Positions 1-13,300 of a stretch of DNA of 64,000 nt are shown here, piece after piece; positions within the stretch are counted from its first letter, which is position 1; each line of letters starts with the position of its first letter. Both the position numbers and the translations under genes were made by a program. Source of the DNA: Antedon mediterranea (lineage: Eukaryota > Animalia > Echinodermata); contig NC_092676.1 of NCBI RefSeq assembly GCF_964355755.1, positions 377,788-441,787 on the forward strand, in the 5' to 3' direction. The notes beneath the pieces are model-generated. The model saw only the letters and a program-made list of their open reading frames with translations, was not told the origin of the DNA and searched no databases.

Positions 1-432
1 AATCCATTAATAATGTAGGCCTACACATGAAATGAGAATTTTGGTGTTTATAAACTGTTGAAATTCCTAACATTAAATCAAATATTTTACCAATTCAATG
101 CTCTATTCATATTGGTATATACCATAGGTAGGTTAAATTGCTACTGTATAAATATGGTAGGGAATGCTAGCAAGGTTGCTGTGACGTCAAAAACAAAATG
201 TTACCCGAACATTACCTCTTTTTTTTTCATTTTTCATGTAAAAACAAAGTAAATAAACAATAATACAGTATGTAGATGTTGATAGAATTTTATTTCATTA
301 ATTTTTCTATTCAATAGTTTTTTGAGTGTCATCAATAATTTTTAACACTGAAACTCCTATTTGGATGGATGGCTCTGTTAATTTTTGTTATACCGCCCCC
401 TCTATCTGTTCATGCATATCATCAGTTAATTG

Positions 433-461
433 ATTGGCTGTGACGTCATCTCCAAGGCAAC
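433..461 (+). promoter_or_regulatory. Putative DCDC1 promoter module: inverted CCAAT (ATTGG), CRE (TGACGTCA) and RFX X-box-like element (ATCTCCAAGGCAAC)
   Basis: ATTGG 433-437, TGACGTCA 441-448, ATCTCCAAGGCAAC 448-461; second TGACGTCA at 182-189; candidate non-coding first-exon donor (TTAAAG|GTCAGA) after 586. Confidence 0.5.
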
Positions 462-1368
462 TTTTCCAAACGCTGAAGATTCGAGTATCTAAAAATAAAA
501 ATATTCAATACAATGAATGAAAATCCCATGTTTTAAATTCGGTGTTATTACGAAACAAATAAGAAGGAATCGGCATCTCTTTAAAGGTCAGAATCAAACA
601 ATATATTAATATAATAATTATAGCCTAGGCCTAGCTAGGCTAAGCTAGCGTATGTAGGCCTAGCCTATTCGAGGCTCCTCCGAAAACAGCGTGTGTGTTG
701 TGCGTGCCGTGTGATCCTCCCATCACCCATCATCATCAACAGACCAACCTATCCTCCTCCTCCTTCTGTAAATAGGTAGGCCTAGATACAGTAAGTTATA
801 GCTGCTGCCCTATAATAGAGCAGCATTGTATGCCATAGTAATGCAGGCTGTATGGTCATTATTTTTTATGCATTTCATTCAGAATCAGATGTTATTTCGG
901 TGGTGACAAATGAAATTGGCCGTGTTTTATTTTGGTATTTTTTGATGATAAATAAAAAAGTATAAAACAAAAAAATGACCGGTTTCATGCACGGTCAATA
1001 TCAAACGTGACTGATGGTAATCAAAGACCGACAACCAACCTACGTTATGTCAAGCGATGGAATGTGTCGTCTCGGTCATCCACGGTCTGGAACTAGAAAG
1101 TAAACCATCAAACCTGCTCACAATGAACTATCATGACATTAGCATTAATTAAATTAATTAGCTCGCTAATGATGAGATGTGGGACACCAGATTTTACCCA
1201 ACCCTGCAATTTTTTTTCAGTATTTTAATAAATTTTGCAGGATTATTGAGAAAAATAGTATTTTAAATGTCTGTATTTTTATATTGTCATCTTGCAATGG
1301 AAGACAATTTAAAAACTTAATCTATAAGTCTATAATATTTTTTTATTTGTACTGGTAGCGTCCACAAG

Positions 1369-4300
1369 ATGTCACAACTCAAGACATCCAATAGACTAGA
1401 TGGCAGCAAGATGACACGGTCTGGAGATAGTGTGACATATGAGGATGTGCTTGTTGCGCAATATCTTGAGGAACTTAAGAAACAGGGAAGCACTAAGAAA
1501 AGGTTTGTTGATTCACCTAATATAGAATAACTATGCCTGTGGAATAACTATACCTATATGGAACAAATATACTATATATGTAATAAGTACAGTCAACTCT
1601 CCCAATACTGTACTGTCCTTGACATCTAAAAGGTCCTACCGTAAATTCATTTTTACCATTAAAAAACATTCTGAATGCCAGAAAAAAAAAACATTCTGGA
1701 AAACTAGACACACATAGGCCAGCCTAAAGGTGTCCAGTATTGGGAGAGTTGACTGTATACTATATGAAAACAGTACACAAAAAGGGAATTATATGCTTTA
1801 TATACAAATAATTTTGGAGTTGCAATTATTTAAATTTGTTTATTGGCAGCTAGTGCACTGTAGCTTGACCACAACGTGTGTAACTACATAGAACTAAAGG
1901 CTTGTTTTGTTGATGTATTCAACCAGCATAGTAACAATACAATAACATACAATTCCTACAATGCAGTCCATATAAAAATGAAAAATTCTTTAAAATAGTG
2001 TTGTTGCTAAGAGAGCTTACTGTAATGTCACATCTGACTGGTTTTCAACTACCGGTAATTGAATCTACACAGTAAAATAAAGGTGTTGTCAGGCAACGAA
2101 AGATCATAGTAGTAGTCTACTATTTCAATTAACTCTTACTTTTCTGAATATTTCATTTATTACAACACATCCAGTCACGTCAGAATTGAACCCTAGACCT
2201 TGAGATTGGCAGACAAGCATATTAACCACCAATCTACTACATTACAAGTAGATATTTATTATTATTACTAAATATATGCTGTATTTGCGAAGTACTGTAT
2301 TATTTTAGTATTGGTAACCTATGATACATAAATATTGGAGACCCTTGTTTGTTTATAGCCGTATTTGTTTTTAGACATTTACCCAAAGACTGTTCATGTG
2401 AAGTTAACTTAGCAATAACACGTTTATTCTTAGCTCTGTTTGTATTAGAAGGGTCCATGTTACACAGTATACATAGATAACTCGTATTCTATTGGTTAAA
2501 ACTGAGACATCAAACATTCTCATGACAGTGCTAGTGTGGTACGGTAAATACAGTAAGCTACATGTATGTCTGTCTACCTACCTCTGTACAACAGAGGCTA
2601 TTAGTTATCTGCATTTATCAACATGTTATTTTTTAAGTATTTTTATTATGTTTATCAATTACTATTTTATGCTGTGAATAGGTAAAAATGACTAAAAAAA
2701 TCAAAATCAAAATGCCTCTCTCTGGAAAATATTAGAGACATCATATAAAACAGTCGATTGATATTTTTTATATTTTTAATTTCATCATGTAATGTAAAAT
2801 GTTGCTTGCATTCCCACCAAATATCTAGGTTAAGTATATACTTATACTCTGAATGTTTATATTAATTAATGATATTAACTTTTGTAAGTTTATTATTAAC
2901 AAATATGTATCCATATGTTAAGGCCTAAAAGTGGTGCCAAGATACAGTCACCCTACCTGCAAAAACTACCACACAGAGACTATTTGGTGAATAGCACATC
3001 ATCAACCGGTAAACGACCTATATCAGCCTCTACTAATGGACGTAATGGTGCTAGAGAAAGGCGGAGGATTGATGTGAAGTTTGTAGAAGACAGAAACGAT
3101 TTGAATAAAAAATTGACAGAGGACTCTGAACAGAAGAGAAGAGTAAGACCAACTAGTGCTCCTGTTTATAGGAATAAAAGGTAAGAATACTGACACTTGT
3201 TATATACATTACAGAATTCTCAAAGCAACTAATGCTAAATAGTTTCACTAATGTCTGTCCAGATGGTGCGCTGCTTAATGGGCCCATGAAATACTAAACT
3301 GTATTGTATCAAAATGGAGCCATAAAACACTGCTGTATAAGGATATTATCATCTAAATTATTTACTTTATTTTGATGGACAGGTAGGTAGATATATAACA
3401 AACAATCTATTATGCATTATCGACAATACAAATAGTTACAATTTATACTTTAATCTTATTGTTTACTATATAATTTAATCTTTCAACCTGTAAATAATTT
3501 GAAAACCTTTTACTGAATGTGGGCTTCCACTGGTCGTTTTGAATGCACAGCAAAAATAAAAAATCTTGAAATAAAAATTCAATATAATATTGTGTCTGGC
3601 CAGGATTCTCTAGGATAATAATCAGCAATCAAATATCAGACATATATATCTATTTATTGTTTTCTAATAATATAAAATATTATTTTGCTCTTCTCATCAA
3701 TTAGCTAATCCTTCAACTTCAAAACATGTTTTATTATTTGTTGAAATAATAACATTTACACAAAATATAGTATTTTCATGTTTTATCATTATATTTGTTT
3801 AATACATTGTTTATTTTATAGGCGTCCATTGAGTGCAAAATCATCAGCGTCTATGATGTCACAGAGGTCAACCAGGTCATGTAAGAGTCTGTATAAGCTA
3901 CAGCCAAGTATAATCAAAGCATTGGCTTATAAAAATGGCTCTCGAAGTGAAGCTTTCACAGTCACTGCCCCTACACTAAAGCTAGTATGTAATGTCTTAA
4001 ATAAACTTTAAACACTCATATCAATATAGCTACAGTACGTCAGACAAAAATCACATTTCAAAGCCAGTTCATTGCTCATTGCAGGTTTTTTACACCCAAC
4101 ATATGTAAAATTATCATTATCAATACAGCATAATTACCACTATTAAAGGGACACATTTCAGACCAAACACATTGTCACTTAATAAGGGTGCCCTAAATAG
4201 GATCGGTCGTAGTGTTTCACAGGAAATTAGTGTCTTGTGCATTTACTGTACACCATTATTGTAGCATTTCGATGCAATTCTAGGTTGCTGTACTGATCAG

Positions 4301-7300
4301 ACAGGCCCAAAGCAATTAATAGTCTTATTGAACAAGTTTTTACGTTTTTTGTTTGAGCTCTGTTATCTGTTATCAAAGAGGTGTTGTTTCATGCAGTTAG
4401 TTTAGTTAAATGCTCTTTTAAAGTTGTTACTTTCTTTCTGTGCAGTTCCTTGAAGAGTGTACCCTAAAGCTTGGTTTACTGAGTGCCGCTAGAAAGGTTT
4501 TCCTTGCAGACGGATCTGAAGTCAGAGATGGCAAGATGATTACACGTGATGCTGAGGTGTACATCTCTTGTGGAGAACAATTTAAGGATCCCTATGCCTC
4601 AGTCACAGGTAAAATATACAACAATCTGATATCTAATTGTGATAGATAGATGGATAGATCATTAGTATTCATCTCACATTCAAAGCATTTTGAATAAAAC
4701 GTTGAGAAACTCAACAGTTCTTTTCCGAACTAAATATACATGATTTACCACAAACTTTATATCAACATTTGATTTCGCCATGCAAACCTTCAAACAATAT
4801 ATTCATTTAGTATATTATTACAAAGATGTCATCTGCCAAATTCTATCTACATTTAGTACAATGATCTAATCATTCACTGTAGTCAAGAAAATGAGTATTT
4901 TGTTTGGAATCAAAAAAAATAAATAAAAATATGGTGAACTGTATTAATAGGTGATGTTCATCGTAAAATTCACACAGCATGGACAGTGAATGGAGTAGTC
5001 ATACCTCCTGAAGATCGCAAGAAAAATACTAAGGCTACGTTATCAAAGAGAATGAGGTAAAATATATTGTAATGATGTGCCCAAATATGGTAGTGATATG
5101 ACATCATCATGTCCATATATGGGCACATTTTGTTGTCACATAAAGTTTGATAGTGTAGACAGAGCTTTAGAATAGAGTTGATAAGAAAAAGAGGTATAGA
5201 AATTATGGTGGTGTAGATAAAGGTTATCAGATGGAGGGTGTTGTTGAGAGGAAAGAAGTGATGTAGAGAGAATATGGTGGTGTAGATAAAGGTTATCAGA
5301 TGGAGGGTGTTGTTGAGAGGAAAGAAGTGATGTAGAGAGAATATGGTGGTGTAGATAAAGGTTATCAGATGGAGGGTGTTGTTGAGAGGAAAGAAGTGAT
5401 GTAGAGAGAATATGGTGGTGTAGATAAAGGTTATCAGATGGAGGGTGTTGTTGAGAGGAAAGAAGTGATGTAGAGAGAATATGGTGGTGTAGATAAAGGT
5501 TATCAGATGGAGGGTGTTGTTGAGAGGAAAGAAGTGATGTAGAGAGAATATGGTGGTGTAGATAAAGGTTATCAGATGGAGGGTGTTGTTGAGAGGAAAG
5601 AAGTGATGTAGAGAGAATATGGTGGTGTAGATAAAGGTTATCAGATGGAGGGTGTTGTTGAGAGGAAAGAAGTGATGTAGAGAGAATATGGTGGTGTAGA
5701 TAAAGGTTATCAGATGGAGGGTGTTGTTGAGAGGAAAGAAGTGATGTAGAGAGAAGATGGTGGTGTAGATAAAGGTTATCAGATGGAGGGTGTTGTTGAG
5801 AGGAAAGAAGTGATGTAGAGAGAATATGGTGGTGTAGATAAAGGTTATCAGATGGAGGGTGTTGTTGAGAGGAAAGAAGTGATGTAGAGAGAATATGGTG
5901 GTGTAGATAAAGGTTATCAGATGGAGGGTGTTGTTGAGAGGAAAGAAGTGATGTAGAGAGAAGATTGTGGTGTAGATAAAGGTTATCAGATGGAGGGTGT
6001 TGTTGAGAGGAAAGAAGTGATGTAGAGAGAATATGGTGGTGTAGATAAAGGTTATCAGATGGAGGGTGTTGTTGAGAGGAAAGAAGTGATGTAGAGAGAA
6101 GATGGTGGGGTAGATAAAGGTTATCAGATGGAGGGTGTTGTTGAGAGGAAAGAAGTGATGTAGAGAGAATATGGTGGTGTAGATAAAGGTTATCAGATGG
6201 AGGGTGTTGTTGAGAGGAAAGAAGTGATGTAGAGAGAAGATGGTGGGGTAGATAAAGGTTATCAGATGGAGGGTGTTGTTGAGAGGAAAGAAGTGATGTA
6301 GAGAGAATATGGTGGTGTAGATAAAGGTTATCAGATGGAGGGTGTTGTTGAGAGGAAAGAAGGGATGTAGAGAGAATATGGTGGTGTAGATAAAGGTTAT
6401 CAGATGGAGGGTGTTGTTGAGAGGAAAGAAGTGATGTAGAGAGAATATGGTGGTGTAGATAAAGGTTATCAGATGGAGGGTGTTGTTGAGAGGAAAGAAG
6501 TGATGTAGAGAGAATATGGTGGTGTAGATAAAGGTTATCAGATGGAGGGTGTTGTTGAGAGGAAAGAAGTGATGTAGAGAGAAGATGGTGGTGTAGATAA
6601 AGGTTATCAGATGGAGGGTGTTGTTGAGAGGAAAGAAGTGATGTAGAGAGAAGATTGTGGTGTAGATAAAGGTTATCAGATGGAGGGTGTTGTTGAGAGG
6701 AAAGAAGTGATGTAGAGAGAATATGGTGGTGTAGATAAAGGTTATCAGATGGAGGGTGTTGTTGAGAGGAAAGAAGTGATGTAGAGAGAATATGGTGGTG
6801 TAGATAAAGGTTATCAGATGGAGGGTGTTGTTGAGAGGAAAGAAGTGATGTAGAGAGAAGATTGTGGTGTAGATAAAGGTTATCAGATGGAGGGTGTTGT
6901 TGAGAGGAAAGAAGTGATGTAGAGAGAATATGGTGGTGTAGATAAAGGTTATCAGATGGAGGGTGTTGTTGAGAGGAAAGAAGTGATGTAGAGAGAATAT
7001 GGTGGTGTAGATAAAGGTTATCAGATGGAGGGTGTTGTTGAGAGGAAAGAAGTGATGTAGAGAGAATATGGTGGTGTAGATAAAGGTTATCAGATGGAGG
7101 GTGTTGTTGAGAGGAAAGAAGTGATGTGGAGAGAAGATTGTGGTGTAGATAAAGGTTATCAGATGGAGGGTGTTGTTGAGAGGAAAGAAGTGATGTAGAG
7201 AGAATATGGTGGTGTAGATAAAGGTTATCAGATGGAGGGTGTTGTTGAGAGGAAAGAAGTGATGTAGAGAGAATATGGTGGTGTAGATAAAGGTTATCAG

Positions 7301-10300
7301 ATGGAGGGTGTTGTTGAGAGGAAAGAAGTGATGTAGAGAGAATATGGTGGTGTAGATAAAGGTTATCAGATGGAGGGTGTTGTTGAGAGGAAAGAAGTGA
7401 TGTAGAGAGAAGATGGTGGTGTAGATAAAGGTTATCAGATGGAGGGTGTTGTTGAGAGGAAAGAAGTGATGTAGAGAGAAGATGGTGGGGTAGATAAAGG
7501 TTATCAGATGGAGGGTGTTGTTGAGAGGAAAGAAGTGATGTAGAGAGAATATGGTGGTGTAGATAAAGGTTATCAGATGGAGGGTGTTGTTGAGAGGAAA
7601 GAAGTGATGTAGTGAGAATATGGTGGTGTAGATAAAGGTTATCAGATGTAGGGTGTTGTTGAGAGGAAAGAAGTGATGTAGTGAGAAGATTGTGGTGTAG
7701 ATAAAGGTTATCAGATGGAGGGTGTTGTTGAGAGGAAAGAAGTGATGTAGAGAGAATATGGTGGTGTAGATAAAGGTTATCAGATGGAGGGTGTTGTTGA
7801 GAGGAAAGAAGTGATGTAGAGAGAAGGGTTGGGAGAAGAGTACATTATTTGATTAAAAAGGAAAGCATAAATATATAATTAATTTGTATTTGTAGGAAAA
7901 TGTTAACATCAAAGACACGGCGAATAATTGTCTTTAAAAATGGAGATGGGTCAGAGACATTTGAGGCGCTTGCAACTCCTGACAAATTTGAGAAGGTGAG
8001 GTTGTACAGTAGTCTTGTTTGATAATGTCTCAAGTATATTCATTCTGAATTCCATTTTTAATATAAAAATCAAATTAATTGCACATAAAACTATACATTT
8101 AAAGTTTACAGTCTTACATGACTTATATAGGGTTAAACATTTAATGTTTTAATATATATTTACTATTGTGATACAGTTTCTTGATGTGTGTACTATTAGA
8201 CTGGGTATTACATCACCAGCCAAAATTGTCTTCTCATGGGAAGGAAAAGTTATTGAAGATATCAACCAAAGTAAGTAACTATTGTAACAAACTTCCTTCT
8301 GTTTAGTATGAATAAATGATGATTATTTGGAATTTATGTTGTTTGTCTCTGTATGATTGCAGGGGGTTGTAGTTTCAGTTATTTGCTTGTCTCAAGGATT
8401 AAACCAAATTAATTATTAAGTATATTTTAAATTTCAGTAAGAAAGCTAGATAAGTGTCTTCAGACCAGCTCCACACCTGCATATGGACCAGTGTGGATAT
8501 CAAGAGGAGAGGGCTTTAGTCCAAAGGGTTCTAGAAGTAAGTACCAATTGATCCTATGTTAAATGCCATACTTAATGTTGTATGGAATGAAATGAATATT
8601 GCTATCTTTATTTAAAGAAACAGTTTTAATGTTATAATCCAGAAGCAAAACGTATGGATACTGTCACACGTTGTTCATTCCTCTTCATGGTATATGTTAC
8701 ATTCACCCTCCACTTTGTTTCTGTTCAGTTTTCTTACGCAACACACTGCAGTATTGTGAGCAAAAGCTAGGTATAGCAAAGGAGTACAAAGAACAGCTTC
8801 AGTTTGCTATGAACGGAGAAGATGACAAGGTGTCTATTGTTAGAATTCTGTCCTTGTCGCAAGAGGAACTTCAAGACCATTTAAATGGCGTAAGTTGGAG
8901 TTGTAGCTTGAAGCTCTGTCTACACTATCAAACTAGTTTGACGACAAAAAAAAGTGTGATGTACCCAAATATGATAATGATATGACATCATCATCATATT
9001 TTGATAGTGTAGACATGGATTTAAAACTTATATTCCTGACCTAATAATTACATTAATGAATTCATCGATGTAATTTTCATATACAACATTTTACCTACCA
9101 GATTGTGGTAGTGACAATTCTGGAGAAATAAAAAACAGCATGGCTTATACAAATCTTCTTTATTTTGTTTAGACAAACGAAGGCATTCAGGAGTTTAGTA
9201 CTGCTAAGGATTCTTTGAAAAGAATTCTCAGACAGATTTCAGACTTGGTCCAGGAAGAGGAGGTAAGTTAACAACACTTTATAGTATGATTACCCTATAG
9301 TACAGTCAACTCTCCCAATATCAGACTCTCTGAAAACCGGAAACTCTTCCAATACCAAATCCTAAGTCCAAACAGTCTCAAATTCTTTTTTAACTTTAAA
9401 AACACATTCTGAATACCAGACTTTCCAATAAACCAGCTATATTTGGCCAGCCCAAAGGTGTCCAATATTGGTAGACTGTAAATTCTTAAAATGTGATAAT
9501 CAATGATTGTTGAATAATGTATAACTATAATGCAATGTTTAATTACTTAATGTAGATGGAAGGACACAGCTATACTTTGAAGCACATTAAGACAATGGAC
9601 GCATCACATAGATTAGTAGGAATGCATGGAATAAGATTAAAAGTAAGTCAGTCAAAATCACTGATAATTAATTTTTGACAACTTACAATCCCTGTTAGAC
9701 CAATTTGGTTTTCAAAAAATTGCCTCTAATTCACTCAGCAATACTGTATAATGCCAGCAAGACAGTTAAAGAAGACTACTTGATAAGGGTGTATGACTAT
9801 TCCAACTATATCCTGGAACATATGGGGTTTGTTTTGAAGCAAAGCTCCTGTAATTTCTAACAATGTAAGGTTTTATTTTAATTACAATCCTATCTCAGTT
9901 ATTCTTACAATCCACTTTATCAGTGCAAAATTTAAAATGTTTTTTTGTTAGGTTTATGAGAATGGTTTTAATGACAAGGAGGATACCATCTTCTTCAACA
10001 TTAAAGAGGCTTATAAGGGTTGTCATGGTAACCATGGTATGGTCGTACAAAGGGTATGTTTTTAACAGATATAGTTTAATAATAATAATAATGACAGATA
10101 TGATGAGGTTGTCAACAAGTGACTTGTTTCTGCCAATTTTCATTGATATTTGTGTGTTTTGTCTCCAGTTATTGGATCACATTACTCACTGCGTTCACCC
10201 TGAGCAGAATGTTTCAGCCCTCAGCCCTATTGTAACCAAACTGTTTGACAAGAATGGCCAAGATATCACAGATGTGTCAAGATTGCAGAATGATCAGGAA

Positions 10301-13300
10301 GTGTGGATCTCATATGGGGAGAACTTTAGAGATCCTAATGGTTAGAAAATAACTATCATCATGTTCATCAACATTGTCATCATCTTTAGCATCATCGTTA
10401 TCTACCTTATTTATTTGAATAAACGCTTCCCTCGAATAAATGTCCAGGGGCATATTTATTTCCGCCCACCACATGCATATACATACAGTATTGTATCTCA
10501 AATTTCTATTTGTAATAGAATTCATTGCTTGACATGATCTACAATTTACCAAGCATTCTGATTCCACTTTTTACTGTATTTTATCACTTCTCGATATTAC
10601 TAAAAAATAAACACCTCCCCCGAATAAACGCCACCCTCATCATCATCATCACTGTGTCATATTTGTTTCTGTAGCCCTTAATGTTTAATATCATAGTTAA
10701 TAGACATCTGTAGCAAATTAATAATTTGGGTTTTGTTTAGTATACTGTCTACAGTTAACCCTTGATAAAGCGTCAGCCTATTGTTTGTATGGCAATCGCA
10801 ATGTGGCATTGAGAGAACCAATTCTGGCAGATGAATTACAGCCTGGCAAAGAAAAGTAAGCAAAAACAATAAAGCATTCCATTTTGTATCCAATTAGTTT
10901 GTGTAAGCTGGAATAGGCTTCATTAAGTACAATTAGTTTGTGTGAAGTTGTAAGGTGAATTATTGTAAAAATGTTAAAGTAAAAGTTTATAAAAAATTTG
11001 TGGCATTCTTACAAGCACTGGTTTAAAGTTTAAATATTTCCTTAATTTTGTCTCTGTTATTTAGATCTAGTAACTGGGATGCTACCATTGGATTTCCTGT
11101 ATTATATGACATTGAACAAATTGATGAAAATTCCGACCCAATGAAGCGTGACCAGATATTGATGGCTTTGAAAACTCAAGAAATTGATACAAGGCATCAT
11201 TTCTTACAAGATAAAGTAAGATATGTTTTATTTTATTTTAAAAGTACTTATTTGCATGGATTACGGTACTTATTTACAGTGACTTAAGCTCTGTCTACAC
11301 ATTTTTCTTTTCTTTACGTCATTGTTATAAGACAGCAACACAAATTCTCAAGTTGGGATGAATAAAGTTTCCTTGTATCCTTGTATCCAAATATGGTAGT
11401 CATATGACATCATCATGTCCATATATGGACACATTTTTTGTCACATAAAGTTTGATAGTGTAGACAGGGCCTTACTCATTTGTTTGATTAATGTTGTTCA
11501 CGATTACTTACTTACTTTTTAATACGTATGAAATGTTACAATGTGTAAAGATTATATCCATGTTTTTTTTTATAGGATTCATTAAAAATGGTGCTGTACC
11601 CTGATTTGGATGTAACGCTTAAAAAGAAAATGGGAGACAAAGATATCTGGCCATCAAAGTCTCAAATATGGGTGATTAATAAGGTATGACTACAAAGTAC
11701 AAGGACAATGGCAGTAATGTATATGTAAAATAAAAATTAGAAACAAACTAGATATAGTTTTTCCTCTTTTAACCCCACACTGCATACATTGATGCTAAAC
11801 ATGTATTTAGTAGAATATATTAATCAACTGCAATTTAGTGACTTAAGTATACATGCTTAGAATTGTTTAAACCATGTTTAATATCTTAGTTGCTTATTAA
11901 TTTTATTTTCAGAAAGGTGTAATATACTGTCGTGCAATGTCTTCAGTTGCTTTAACTTTAAGTGAAAGATCTCGAGTTGACAAGAAATTTCCTGATGGTG
12001 AGACAGCAGCACAAGGCTATGCTGTTACTCTAGACAAAAAGTAAATAAAACAATTTGTACAATTTTTTCTTGCAAGATCCGGTATAGAATTGTTGTATTG
12101 TTTAATTATATTCATATATAACTATAATTATTATTATTATTATTATTATTATATCAAAATTTATAAAGCGTCAATTCAAAGACCGAGGTACAAAATCAAA
12201 GGCGCTGGGCATGTTAGTGGTCGAAAAAATGAGTTTTGAGCAATTTTTTAAATAAGGCAACAGAAGAGCAGTGTTTAATTTGTAATAACCGGAGCCTGCA
12301 CTAGAAGCAAAAGCTTGTCTCATGACGGCCCTGCAATACAAATGTATAGTATATGAAAGGAAATTTTAAACAATAAAATAAGTAAAAAAAAAAAGATCAA
12401 ATATTGAACATAACAATAGGTATAAAGTATATATACTGTATAAAGATTGTTTGTATTGTTGACCATTAATAGAAATTAATAAATGATGAAAGTACAGTCA
12501 ACTCCATGAAAATCAGACAGTGTTTGTCAGTAAAGGTGACTTTATGTCAGTGAAATATTTTTTTTTATTTTAGGAGTATAGACAACCCAGCACAGCAGTG
12601 GGGATTTAGCCCTGAGGGTTTTATATATTCTTTGGTAAGCATTCAGTATTCTAGATTTTGTTGTTTTTTTATATTAATCATTTTCACTAAAATTTGTTTT
12701 TGTTTTATATGCTTTTTGGTAAAAATCTTCAACATTGATTTACTCATTGCTATATGTAAAACAAATCATAATTTATGAATAATAGGAAGAGAATCTGCAA
12801 AAAAATCTACTTTACATGTTAAGCAGAAGAAAAAAATATTAAAAGAGTACAACCGTACCTTAAACAATCATTTTTCTTTTTCTATATCTATTTTCTTTAG
12901 GCCGAGCCAGAATTGGTTTTGACATACATTCCAAAACCAATTGCCCCTGAAGGTGAATCATTCCAATTTGGAGACGATGGAGTCAATTTTCAGGATCTTG
13001 AAACTGACCAACAATCTCCTACAGAAGACACCACCACAGAGGATGCAGATGTTAAGGAGTTCCCAGGACATAACTTTATTGTTGCTGCAATTGGCAAACT
13101 GCCAGCAAAACATCCATGGGCCAAATCACAGAGGTAAGGTATTTCTAAGATGTTTGAAAGGGTTTGGGTGGGTTAGCCTTAGGCCTGCATAATGCCTTAC
13201 ATTTTCTGTGCAACTTGATGTAGGGTTAAATACTTTTAGGAGCTTTCTTTACCAAATGAATATTGTCATACTACCCAATACAGTATTTAAATTAATGAAT

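Noticed and set aside
5205-7825. Two stop-free reading frames across the 69-bp repeat on the minus strand
   Set aside because: Expected from a unit length divisible by 3 and near absence of G on that strand; no start or splice context; antisense within an intron.
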